Shown here: piece after piece, positions 36,511-45,390 of the stretch
Layout of the letters: each line of letters opens with the position of its first letter
How positions within the stretch are numbered: the stretch's first letter is position 1
From: a virus
Lineage: Duplodnaviria > Caudoviricetes
DNA length: 45,390 nucleotides
Virus record (IMG/VR): IMGVR_UViG_3300042363_000712
Coordinates: 1-45,390 of that record
Strand: one strand, 5' to 3'
The notes under the pieces: model-generated
The model's database searches: none
Told to the model about the DNA's origin: nothing
Seen by the model: the letters and a program-made list of their open reading frames with translations, nothing else
Made by a program: the position numbers and the translations under genes

Positions 36511-37128
36511 TTAGAAAGGCAGAATACCTTTTAAATCATTGACAGGGATTTTGGATGCCGCGGAAATAACTTCTAGCGGCGTGTCCGGCGAAGTGGTGTG
36601 AATCTGATAAGCCATCTGGACCTGCTCATCAGTAAACGCAGGCTTACCACCAATGCTTGCAACAGCATCAGCAGCAGAACCCTTCATCGGACTAGTAGGC
36701 AACGAACGAGCGGGGGGGGCAACATACTCAGCCTTGTACAGCTTGATGTCAGAATACCCGCGCTGTGACGCTTTCTGCGTCGAAGTGTGAGTCACCGTTA
36801 ATGTGCCACCCTCCTGCAAACCATTGGAACCCAGCCCAGCATCAGCCAAACATTCACTGATAGCTTTCTGAATTGCCCACTTTGCATACAGCCGACGCTT
36901 ACCGTCATCATCATCAATCTCAGCATCTCGCTCATCGGTCTGCAAAGTATAGATGATTTGCTGTTTAGGGTTACCGTTCTTATCTGCCTGAACCTCACCA
37001 GTAGGCGAAGTAATAGGCGCAACCTCGGCATCAATCAAAACACCCGTGACAGAGTCACCGATGTTGTCGAACTTGACAATAGGTTGACGAGGACCACTCA
37101 ACAACATATTTGCATCATTGAATCCCAT
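36511..37128 (-). CDS. Phage ssDNA-binding-like protein
   Basis: KFDNIGDSVTG, LQTDERD..DDDG.RRLY, GGTLTV and KLYKAEY; PF C-terminus. Confidence 0.6.
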   Translation of the reverse strand: MGFNDANMLLSGPRQPIVKFDNIGDSVTGVLIDAEVAPITSPTGEVQADKNGNPKQQIIYTLQTDERDAEIDDDDGKRRLYAKWAIQKAISECLADAGLGSNGLQEGGTLTVTHTSTQKASQRGYSDIKLYKAEYVAPPARSLPTSPMKGSAADAVASIGGKPAFTDEQVQMAYQIHTTSPDTPLEVISAASKIPVNDLKGILPF

Positions 37129-37147
37129 TATTCATTTCTCCATTTCA

Positions 37148-37879
37148 TCATCTCAATAAAAGGTCATGGACAGGATTGTCCACGCCCGCGTACTGTTGAC
37201 AAGACAAACACCCAGGTAAAGGTGCATGCCTCTTCAACAGAACATCCCAACCAAGCTCTTCGGCCTGGTCAATATAATTTTCTAACTTTGCCAACGCGGT
37301 AATTGCTATCTGTTGCGAATACGGAAACACAATAGGCGCAGCGTCACGTAACAAATTATTTTTATTAGCAGGCAAAAACATTATTGCCACATCAGAAATC
37401 TTGTAACCTAACTTTTCCCAGCCCAACGCATACAAATGACCCTGGATTACATACTGGTTTTTAATCTCACCCTTATGGGCACGCTCCAACGTATCATCCC
37501 CAACAATTTTCCAATCAACAACTAAACCATGGCCATCGTTAGGGAAAAAAGCGTCACAGGAGCCACGCAAACGCAAATCCTTATACTCATGCACATCTAA
37601 CGAACGCTCAATAATAACCTCATCGCCAGAAGCCCAGCGAGACGAAAATTCTTCCGCTAAACCAGCATGAACATAAGTACCCAACTGCGCACGCCACGAA
37701 CCACCTTGTTGTTCTTTAGGCATCTTGGCTAACTTACGCAACACACAACGTTGACATGCCATCCCAACTTCAGACACACCAATTTCTACCTGACGGCCTC
37801 TATCCGTGATGCTAAACGAATCAATGACCTCTAACAAATTATCTGGTGTAACAATTTTAGGTAATCCTTCGACTGCCAT
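37148..37879 (-). CDS. Cas4-like PD-(D/E)XK exonuclease
   Basis: GVSEVG..CQRC, LGTYVH, GSCD...VVDWK, Q..LY and CLSC. Confidence 0.8.
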   Translation of the reverse strand: MAVEGLPKIVTPDNLLEVIDSFSITDRGRQVEIGVSEVGMACQRCVLRKLAKMPKEQQGGSWRAQLGTYVHAGLAEEFSSRWASGDEVIIERSLDVHEYKDLRLRGSCDAFFPNDGHGLVVDWKIVGDDTLERAHKGEIKNQYVIQGHLYALGWEKLGYKISDVAIMFLPANKNNLLRDAAPIVFPYSQQIAITALAKLENYIDQAEELGWDVLLKRHAPLPGCLSCQQYAGVDNPVHDLLLR

Positions 37880-39396
37880 TACACACCCAACCTTTCCAAT
37901 ATTTTACGTTCAAAATTAACATTACGCACACCGTCTAACAGATGCCGAGTTTCCTGATATATCTCATCGTTACGCGCACTAATGGTCATATCAATTGTAC
38001 CCCTAGACCTCAGACGCCAAATAGTAACCTGATGAATACGAGACACCCTATGCACTCTATCTTCCACCTGCTCCTGAATATCTGGATTAACAGGAATATC
38101 AACAAACACTAAATCATCTGCTGCATCTAAGTCAATACCCACACCCATACGAGCTGACAACAACACTACACGCAAATCAGAATTTACGTCTTGAAACTCG
38201 CGCTGAACACGCAAACGTTCTGCCTGAGAAACCTGCCCGGACAAAATTTCCGATTTGATACCAGCATTAGCTAACTCTGCTTTAAGCCACACTAACACAC
38301 GCGTAAACTGCGACGACACTACAACTTTGCCTAAAGGTTCATCATCCGCATCTGCATGCAAATTACGCGAACGCATCCAATCAATTAACCAATCGCGTTT
38401 AAGCGACTCGCCACCAACAATAGGCAACACTACGCCGTCATTAGACGTCCACGCACACACGGCGAACTGCGTAGCACGCAACGCAAACACCAACGCATTA
38501 CTTTCTGAACTGTCATCAGTATTAACAAACTCGTCAATAAAATCCTCGTAAGCTTGCAACAACGGCACACTAAACGGAACATCAACATCTACATACTGTT
38601 TATCGGGTAAATCTTGTGCAACCTCACGTTTAGTACGACGAATCATCAACACCTTATCTAAATGCTTCCAATTATCTGGAGCCCGCAAATGGCCAATCTT
38701 TAGCACATGAACCGTGCGACTAGGCAAATACATAGGAACACGCCACGTAAAAAACGTACGCTCTAACCAATCTTGATACTGAACAAGTTTAGGACCCAAC
38801 TGTTTGGGTAACAAAAACCGCCATGTACCAAACCGATAATACAATTTACCTCTGTCGGGGGTACCAGAAATAGCCAGACGCAACACGTCAGACGACTCTC
38901 CATTCAACGCATACAAACCCCGCCAAAACTGCGTAGCATCCCACGGACGGTCATATTGCATTGGCAACACAGCATGCGACTCATCAACTAAAATAGCTAC
39001 TGGACGCAGCGCATGCAACGACGGCAAATGAGGCACATCTTTTGGCGTAACACCAACAGAATCATGATTAGTAACAATCACATTAGGCATATCGTCACGT
39101 ACAGACACACTAATGCGCTTATCCCGTTGTTTACGCGAACCAGAAAAGCCATCAACAAAATTAACCTCCGGCATATATTTGCGGATAGTTGGACCCCACG
39201 CAGTATCACATGTAATCAGAGGTGCGACCACCAGGGCAACAGCCCCAGCAGTCAACACCCCCGACAACTCCAACGCACCCAAAGATGTAAACGTTTTGCC
39301 CAAACCTGGCTGGTCTGCCAACAACATACGTTTACAATCAGCAATACGCTCGGCTGCAACCCGCTGATATGGTTTTAACATCTCAGCAATCATCAC
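37879..39396 (-). CDS. SNF2-like SF2 helicase
   Basis: LKPYQ, LADQPGLGKT, VDESH, SGTP and QVEDRVHR. Confidence 0.9.
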   Translation of the reverse strand: MMIAEMLKPYQRVAAERIADCKRMLLADQPGLGKTFTSLGALELSGVLTAGAVALVVAPLITCDTAWGPTIRKYMPEVNFVDGFSGSRKQRDKRISVSVRDDMPNVIVTNHDSVGVTPKDVPHLPSLHALRPVAILVDESHAVLPMQYDRPWDATQFWRGLYALNGESSDVLRLAISGTPDRGKLYYRFGTWRFLLPKQLGPKLVQYQDWLERTFFTWRVPMYLPSRTVHVLKIGHLRAPDNWKHLDKVLMIRRTKREVAQDLPDKQYVDVDVPFSVPLLQAYEDFIDEFVNTDDSSESNALVFALRATQFAVCAWTSNDGVVLPIVGGESLKRDWLIDWMRSRNLHADADDEPLGKVVVSSQFTRVLVWLKAELANAGIKSEILSGQVSQAERLRVQREFQDVNSDLRVVLLSARMGVGIDLDAADDLVFVDIPVNPDIQEQVEDRVHRVSRIHQVTIWRLRSRGTIDMTISARNDEIYQETRHLLDGVRNVNFERKILERLGV

Positions 39397-39401
39397 AACC
39401 C

Positions 39402-39851
39402 TTACATCAAACGCAACGGGCGCGACGGAACACTCTGATACAAATCAGGGTAATCCGACGGCGGATACAACTCCTTAACAGCAGAAGTACGAATCCGCAC
39501 AGAACTCTCATGCTTTAACGAAATAACAGGCTCGTCACCCTCCGCCAAAGCAAGATATTGAGAATCCCCAACCATAGTTTCCAACACCGACTTGATTGCC
39601 GAATCACGTTCACCCAACAAACGTTTACTTGCACGAATTTCATACAACTCAGCAACCAACATTGCAGTCAACTCAGCATCTGACGCCACAACAACATCAG
39701 ACGGGTCAACAGGTTCAGGCGAAGAAACAAGCGGACGAGCCCGCTTAACTTCCTGCTTACCATGTGGCGTATTAACATACACCGGTTCCAAATCCAACTG
39801 CTCAGCATGCTGCTTAGCAGCATCCAACATTGCCCTAAATGAATCACTCAT
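39402..39851 (-). CDS. Hypothetical protein
   Basis: GGAGGG RBS before ATG at 39851, overlapping the upstream stop. Confidence 0.7.
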   Translation of the reverse strand: MSDSFRAMLDAAKQHAEQLDLEPVYVNTPHGKQEVKRARPLVSSPEPVDPSDVVVASDAELTAMLVAELYEIRASKRLLGERDSAIKSVLETMVGDSQYLALAEGDEPVISLKHESSVRIRTSAVKELYPPSDYPDLYQSVPSRPLRLM

Positions 39852-40413
39852 TACTACCCTCCGATTTATAACCATTAACCTGACCAAAAGTATCAAACTC
39901 AGCAAGCAACTCCTCAACAAGTTGACGAGTCTGCTCAGCCTTACTATCAACATCATAAGACTCCAACAAAGCCGGGTTCTTATCAACAACAGCATCAGTT
40001 AAACTGACACGTTGCAACTTATCTTTACGTTTTTTATCCGCTTTTTGTTTCTTACGCAAAGACTTATCCCGTTGCGCTTGCAACCTAGTCTGAAACTCTT
40101 CCAACTCCTCATTATCAGAAATCTCAAAAGAAACAGTTCTAGTGACCGCACCACCTTCTGCGACAGAAGAAGAACGTTCCTCAACACCACGCGTAGCAGC
40201 AGCATCAATAAACGCCAACACATCCGAATATTTATACCGAATCATGCCCCTAGTCTGACCAGGCGCAACAAACCGTTGAAACGGCAAATTAACCTCAGAC
40301 GACTGACGCCACAAATACAAAGTATTCGCATTAACATTAAGAATCTGCGACACTTCACCGGACGTCAACAGTTTGTCTTTACCAGACAACACATCATCAA
40401 CAAAATCATTCAT
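39844..40413 (-). CDS. MerR/Xis-type HTH DNA-binding protein
   Basis: LLTSGEVSQILNVNANTLYLWR...IRYKYSDV.AFI. Confidence 0.8.
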   Translation of the reverse strand: MNDFVDDVLSGKDKLLTSGEVSQILNVNANTLYLWRQSSEVNLPFQRFVAPGQTRGMIRYKYSDVLAFIDAAATRGVEERSSSVAEGGAVTRTVSFEISDNEELEEFQTRLQAQRDKSLRKKQKADKKRKDKLQRVSLTDAVVDKNPALLESYDVDSKAEQTRQLVEELLAEFDTFGQVNGYKSEGSNE

Positions 40414-40419
40414 CAGAAC

Positions 40420-40794
40420 CTACCCATCCTCAGCAGGAACCTCAACATGAGACTCCAACCAATCACGAATGACCTTTTCATCTTTAGACTCAATAAGTTT
40501 TAACAACTCATCAACAAAAGTCAACGTTGTTCTAACACTGTCAAAGAAATGCTTAGCCGCAAACGGTGCCAGCCCTTCCAACAGTTGCTCATGAAAAATG
40601 TGGCTTTTAGTATCAAAAACCACAGTCGTAGCAGAACGCAACAACATTTCAACAACATTACCTACACCGCCATACAACGAATAAATTGCGTCAACAGCGT
40701 TAACATCACCCTCTGTTTCCATTTGGATATTAGAAGGCGGACCATTACTATCATTATCTTTATGAATAGTAAGAACAATTTTTCTATCCGACAT
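40420..40794 (-). CDS. Hypothetical protein
   Basis: Tight operon packing; GAAAGG RBS. Confidence 0.7.
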   Translation of the reverse strand: MSDRKIVLTIHKDNDSNGPPSNIQMETEGDVNAVDAIYSLYGGVGNVVEMLLRSATTVVFDTKSHIFHEQLLEGLAPFAAKHFFDSVRTTLTFVDELLKLIESKDEKVIRDWLESHVEVPAEDG

Positions 40795-40796
40795 GA

Positions 40797-41588
40797 CTAA
40801 CCCTTTCCATTTGATTTAGTACCCCACCAACCAGCAACAGCAGCACGAGGAGTGTCGCTCTCATTGGGCATAGGCGGGATATTATAATTAGCGGAACCCG
40901 ACGCCCCACTAAAACCACTAGCACTTGCAGGTGCACCGCTAGCATCCCCAGGCATATCAGGAATACGTGTGCTGCCCCGAACAGTAGGCTCCCTGTCTAG
41001 AAAAAACAGGCCCTTAGCATCTTCATTACCCGCATGCATTTTAATACGCTTAAGATGCTCAGCATTGGTCGTATTGATGCAACCGACAGTTTTGATACCT
41101 AACGTATGAAAAGTAGCATTAATGTCATAATACTCTTCAACCATAAACGTCAACTGATTAGTACCCCGCAGCGTTCGCAGGTTGTCCCACCACTGGTCAC
41201 TAGTTGAGCTATTCCAATGCTCCAACAACTGACTACGATGTTGAGGTTCCCAATAGAACACCTCGAAGATTCCATCTAACGTAACATCCTCATACGCATT
41301 ACGCTTAGTAAGGAACGTCTCTGAATAGTGCCGATTGCCACTATCAGCCCAAACAACCTCTACAGTGTTATCTTCCGCTGACGTTGTTACCGTAGCAATA
41401 AACGGCCCGATGTCGTAAAAAACAAGTTTCTTATCATCATCGCTTTGATGAGAAGACAAACGTATTCGATACCAATGCTTACCTGTCTCGAACCCATTAA
41501 CTTTAAGCGTAAAAGCTTCAGTACGAAGGCCAGTCAACAAGTCAAATGTATTTCTAGCTACAGCGCTACTAGCAATAGTTCTATCCAC
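40797..41588 (-). CDS. Hypothetical protein
   Basis: 263-aa ORF; GAAAGG RBS. Confidence 0.7.
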   Translation of the reverse strand: MDRTIASSAVARNTFDLLTGLRTEAFTLKVNGFETGKHWYRIRLSSHQSDDDKKLVFYDIGPFIATVTTSAEDNTVEVVWADSGNRHYSETFLTKRNAYEDVTLDGIFEVFYWEPQHRSQLLEHWNSSTSDQWWDNLRTLRGTNQLTFMVEEYYDINATFHTLGIKTVGCINTTNAEHLKRIKMHAGNEDAKGLFFLDREPTVRGSTRIPDMPGDASGAPASASGFSGASGSANYNIPPMPNESDTPRAAVAGWWGTKSNGKG

Positions 41589-41659
41589 AACACATCACAC
41601 CCTTTCTAAATAAAGAGCGCCCCACGGTGAAGTCACTTAAAACCCGTGGGGCGCTCAGC

Positions 41660-42517
41660 CTAAACACCAAAATCATCAGGATTAATATCAGCAAACGCTT
41701 CTTGAAGATTAATGGCAGCATCATTACGTGCCTCCTCCAACAACCTGAAACACAAATCAGGTTTGGGAGACACAACCGAAGGACGCACATGCAAACCAGA
41801 CATACGCTCATCAACGGTTTCCATACCCTGCTCAGCAGCACCTTCATTAGCTTTAGCGAAGTCCATAATTGTTGACGCAATAAACTCTTTACCAGCTTCC
41901 GTCATACAACTACTGATAAACGGGTCAGCAATACCTTCGCTCAACGCTTCATGCAACGAAAAAGTAATAGGAACAACAGCTTTTTCATTGAAATCCCACA
42001 TCAACAAATGAAGATTAGGAATAGCAGCAATCTTGTTACCATCCGTTCCATCAGACGTATACACACGCTTATACAACACCTTACGATTTTGCGTAAACGT
42101 ATCCTCGGGCAACAACTTCTTGCCACCTTGCTTTGGCGGTTCTGACTCTGTAACTTCTTCGTCAATGAACGCTGTAATCAATTTGTTATAAAACGCTTCA
42201 TACTCCTCAACACTCGTTTTATCATCATTGAACAACTCTTCCAGTAACTTTGTTTGCAGCAAAAGATTTTGCAACGCTTCTTCTGCGGCATTAAGAATAG
42301 GAGAAGCATCATCATCATCCTCGGCTTGGCTACGCCATGTTGCGCCAGCGTTTTCCATAACAGCAATCAACTTTTGAATATCTTCTACACTATTTTTTTG
42401 CAACGCCTCAACTAAATGCTCCTGCAACGTACCCATAATTTGCGAATACAGTTTAGCCACACGTTCCTGCGCCTTAACAATGCGCGCATCTTCTCCGAAA
42501 TTAATATCTTTACTCAT
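41660..42517 (-). CDS. Hypothetical acidic protein
   Basis: 285-aa ORF; AGGAG RBS. Confidence 0.75.
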   Translation of the reverse strand: MSKDINFGEDARIVKAQERVAKLYSQIMGTLQEHLVEALQKNSVEDIQKLIAVMENAGATWRSQAEDDDDASPILNAAEEALQNLLLQTKLLEELFNDDKTSVEEYEAFYNKLITAFIDEEVTESEPPKQGGKKLLPEDTFTQNRKVLYKRVYTSDGTDGNKIAAIPNLHLLMWDFNEKAVVPITFSLHEALSEGIADPFISSCMTEAGKEFIASTIMDFAKANEGAAEQGMETVDERMSGLHVRPSVVSPKPDLCFRLLEEARNDAAINLQEAFADINPDDFGV

Positions 42518-42525
42518 TACAACTC

Positions 42526-43458
42526 CTAATCTAGTTCTAACAGATACACGGTAGAGAAATCAGTGGCTGACGAATCATGGATAACATCAACTAACTTATC
42601 TCGTAGTTTATCGAACTCCTTGTCTACCTCTGTAATGTCAGACGAAGACTGGTGCCCAATAAAAATAGTTAAACCATCTGCCGGGTCGGCAGTATATGCG
42701 GACTTCATGGCGGTAGTGAAATCGGCCGGATGGCCATACCCACTAGACCACGTTTCTGATTGCTCAGACACAAGAAAACAAACACGACGCAAAAAGTCGC
42801 TATGCCCTACAACAGCAATATCGTTAAGGTCAACCATCTCATCATAATCTTTTAACACAATTTCGACATGAGCAGTATGCGTTGACTCAAACGCTGTAAT
42901 ACGGCAGCGAACATTCTGATTTTCTAACCAATCCACTAACCGTAACAACCTTTTTTGCTTAGCAATAATTGCCTCGCTCTGAACGGTGGCACTAGCCGAC
43001 ACGTTCATAATAAGATTGACTGTTAAGTTAGACGGGTTGCCGTTATGAGCTACACCAAAACATTCTGGTGCACCCTCTAGAAACTTACCAATATCTAAAT
43101 AATCACCTGTAACATCAAACGTTACATCTTTGCCAATAGCTTCTTCTGCCGTGAGCATAAGGTTATCTTCTTTAAAAGCACGCACACTACGAGGATTATT
43201 TTTGAAAACCTCCAACGTTTCAAGCAGCGAACCAAACTGTTGAAACCCGTCACGACCAGAATCGTCAGACGATTTAGCTTGCAGCGGCCGCCAATTAAGT
43301 TGCGAGATGGCAGTCCACAACGCTTTGAGAGAACCAAAGTAACCGACAAGCGTATTGCGTTTAACATATTTTAATACTCGATGGTCAGCAATCTGTTTAC
43401 CAACAAAATAGTTGATACCACGACGCACATTTTCTAACTCATTAACTTTAATAATCAC
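42526..43458 (-). CDS. VWA-like partner of the AAA ATPase
   Basis: DVTGDYLDIGKFLEGAPEC, NVSASA and H.DFLRR; start moved to GTG at 43458 after GAAAGG. Confidence 0.6.
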   Translation of the reverse strand: MIIKVNELENVRRGINYFVGKQIADHRVLKYVKRNTLVGYFGSLKALWTAISQLNWRPLQAKSSDDSGRDGFQQFGSLLETLEVFKNNPRSVRAFKEDNLMLTAEEAIGKDVTFDVTGDYLDIGKFLEGAPECFGVAHNGNPSNLTVNLIMNVSASATVQSEAIIAKQKRLLRLVDWLENQNVRCRITAFESTHTAHVEIVLKDYDEMVDLNDIAVVGHSDFLRRVCFLVSEQSETWSSGYGHPADFTTAMKSAYTADPADGLTIFIGHQSSSDITEVDKEFDKLRDKLVDVIHDSSATDFSTVYLLELD

Positions 43459-43484
43459 AACAACACCTTTCATATAAATGATGA

Positions 43485-43793
43485 CACCGGCTGGCAGCAT
43501 GCCTGTTCTGACATACTGACCAGCCGGTGCGGCAACAACCAAAACAAACCTAGGCTAGAGGAACTTGCTAACACGTTCCGTCACCCCATTTGTCGTTTAT
43601 TGCATGCATTACAGAAAGCACAAAGGGTTTCTGCAACTTTGCTCACCGAAGCTAGTGGTACATAGCGAGTGTGTTATCCAAGACATAACAAAGGTTTGTT
43701 TCCATCGAACGGCGGCACTATCGAACACATCCCGCACCATAATCGGTTTACAACCTGGGTAGCGCAATTTCTGGACAACAGTGCTTTCTGTTC
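43485..43793 (-). ncRNA. Candidate structured RNA (unassigned)
   Basis: Three long-range complementary pairs plus local hairpins in a 335-nt intergenic gap. Confidence 0.4.
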
Positions 43794-45152
43794 TTATTCA
43801 ATTAAAAATGGGACTTCAGGCAAACTATCTTGATTTTCCCGAAGATACTTATTCATACTTGGACGGAAATCCCAGTCATTATGGAAAAGCTGAAACACTA
43901 AACCATTACGAACTTCATAAAGATTAGTGTCATCATCATTTTTAGTAACCAGATACAACACTAACGATTTAAGTTTAGTGTCCTCATCTGTATGATTAAG
44001 CAACTGGTCAACACTGGTTTTAATGTTGTCATCAAGTTTTTCGAAATCCACACGCAAACCACGCCGCTGCTCTAACGTCAACAACACATTCCATGCAGCT
44101 GGCACACTGTCACAAGCATCATACGTTTCTGCCAACTTGTTCCAATTACTAGCATTACTGTTATCCGTAAGCAACTTGTCAATAATGTCCAAATTGTTGC
44201 GCCAACGAGTATGACACTCAACATGCAAATCACGTTTATGTTCAGCACCAAACTGATGCAATAACGCCATATGCAACACATCATTGAAATCCATACCATG
44301 AGATAGCAACAAAGAGCCCCGCTGTGTAGCTCGAGGCGACACAACAACACGCAACTCTTGGTCGTTAACAAACGAACGAACATAACGCACAATGTCTAGC
44401 CATGCTGCACCATATTTACCTACAGCAAGACTCTGTTCGAGGTTTTCGTCAATATCCCACGACAACACAACAAAACGGTCCAACGTTGCAGCATCCAACT
44501 GATTACGACCAACATATTGGCGGGAAGCACCCAAACCAAACGTGTTAGCAGACGCAACCATGCGGAACTTGTCATGTCTACGAATCATTCCATCTGGGAA
44601 CGACATGTAATTGTTAGCCAAAGCAGCATTGAGCTGGATAAGAACATTACTGTTACCAGCATCAATTTCGTCTAACAAAAACAACCCACCATGCTCATAC
44701 GCGTTACGAAACACGGTACGCACATAGTTTTGCATAGCATCCATGTAGCCAATAATGTCTGACTTAGATGTTTGAGCACCAACACTCATGGCATAAAAGT
44801 CAAGACCCATAGCATTTGCGACTTGCTCTGCTGCATGCGATTTGCCAGTACCAGCAGGACCCACCAACATCACAGGCGTATTAGCATGCACAACTCTAAT
44901 CAAATGCTCAAAGTTTTTATGCTGAATTCCATCCAAGGTTGGGCTAACAAAATCGTCATAAACAATATGAATTGGACGCGACTGATTAACAGCCTCTTCC
45001 AACTTTTTAACTTTTTGTGCAACACGACGGTCAATCTTAGCTGTCACAGATTTTAGAACATCCTCACTAATCTGGTCAAACATAGATAGCACAGCATCCG
45101 CTTTAGTCTTGGTTTGCGTAGTACGCGTTACCTTAACTGTCTCCACTGTCAT
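43794..45152 (-). CDS. AAA+ ATPase (MoxR/CobS-like)
   Basis: GPAGTGKS, LLDEIDAG, ASANTFG and RNQLDAATLDRF. Confidence 0.9.
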   Translation of the reverse strand: MTVETVKVTRTTQTKTKADAVLSMFDQISEDVLKSVTAKIDRRVAQKVKKLEEAVNQSRPIHIVYDDFVSPTLDGIQHKNFEHLIRVVHANTPVMLVGPAGTGKSHAAEQVANAMGLDFYAMSVGAQTSKSDIIGYMDAMQNYVRTVFRNAYEHGGLFLLDEIDAGNSNVLIQLNAALANNYMSFPDGMIRRHDKFRMVASANTFGLGASRQYVGRNQLDAATLDRFVVLSWDIDENLEQSLAVGKYGAAWLDIVRYVRSFVNDQELRVVVSPRATQRGSLLLSHGMDFNDVLHMALLHQFGAEHKRDLHVECHTRWRNNLDIIDKLLTDNSNASNWNKLAETYDACDSVPAAWNVLLTLEQRRGLRVDFEKLDDNIKTSVDQLLNHTDEDTKLKSLVLYLVTKNDDDTNLYEVRNGLVFQLFHNDWDFRPSMNKYLRENQDSLPEVPFLIE

Positions 45153-45327
45153 AATGTGTTTCCCTTCTGTTTATATATTCATATTCACTAGTGTTTACAT
45201 ACCATTCAATAAACTCTGTCAAGCGAGCGTTCTCGTTTTCCAATTCACGAACTAACACAAGAACCCACAAAGATAGCAACAAAGCCACCATGATAAGACC
45301 GAACGTAATCCACAATGCAATAGTCAT
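45133..45327 (-). CDS. Small membrane protein
   Basis: GAAAGG RBS; N-terminal transmembrane segment. Confidence 0.7.
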   Translation of the reverse strand: MTIALWITFGLIMVALLLSLWVLVLVRELENENARLTEFIEWYVNTSEYEYINRRETHYDSGDS

Positions 45328-45350
45328 AATAAGATTCCTTTCACACGTTG

Positions 45351-45388
45351 AAAACCTGCGGGGGAGGGACCATCCCTCCACCCGCAGG
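45351..45388 (-). terminator. Terminator downstream of ssb, spanning the circular junction
   Basis: Minus strand CCTGCGGGTGGAGGGATGGTCCCTCCCCCGCAGG followed by TTTT. Confidence 0.65.
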
Positions 45389-45390
45389 CA

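Noticed and set aside
37148-37879. Cas4 as part of a CRISPR-Cas system
   Set aside because: Stand-alone Cas4-like nucleases are common in phage replication modules; no cas1, cas2 or array is present
41581-41880. 99-aa minus-strand ORF
   Set aside because: It lies mostly within the 285-aa gene in another frame and has no convincing RBS or motif
43459-43793. tRNA or tmRNA
   Set aside because: GUUCGA motifs are present, but I could not build a cloverleaf, acceptor stem with CCA, or tag reading frame

Overview
The window is a complete, circularly assembled tailed-phage genome of about 45.36 kb; 27 identical bases at 1-27 and 45364-45390 close the circle. Its architecture is podovirus-like: TerL, portal, scaffold, major capsid, head-tail adaptor, nozzle and three internal-virion-type proteins (one of 2718 aa), with no recognisable tape measure or tail tube gene. 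An actinobacterial-type SSB, a DUF2746-like membrane protein and an M23 endolysin suggest an actinobacterial host (inference). The replication module has a RepB'-like primase fused to a D5/SF3 helicase, two SSB-like proteins, a Cas4-like nuclease, an SNF2 helicase and RuvC. I found no DNA polymerase, integrase or tRNA. The main non-genic signals are four. (1) A strong G+T versus C+A strand skew flips at a small hairpin at ~2498-2519 and fades toward the opposite side of the circle regardless of gene orientation, as expected for bidirectional strand-displacement replication. (2) A ~335-nt intergenic region between the AAA and VWA-like genes has crossing long-range helices and is a candidate structured ncRNA or RNA switch. 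(3) An array of small genes is punctuated by hairpin and repeat modules. (4) Two cysteine-containing microproteins are missing from the ORF track, one resembling a free ribonucleotide-reductase C-terminal tail. All functional calls come from motif recognition by eye, with no database searches.
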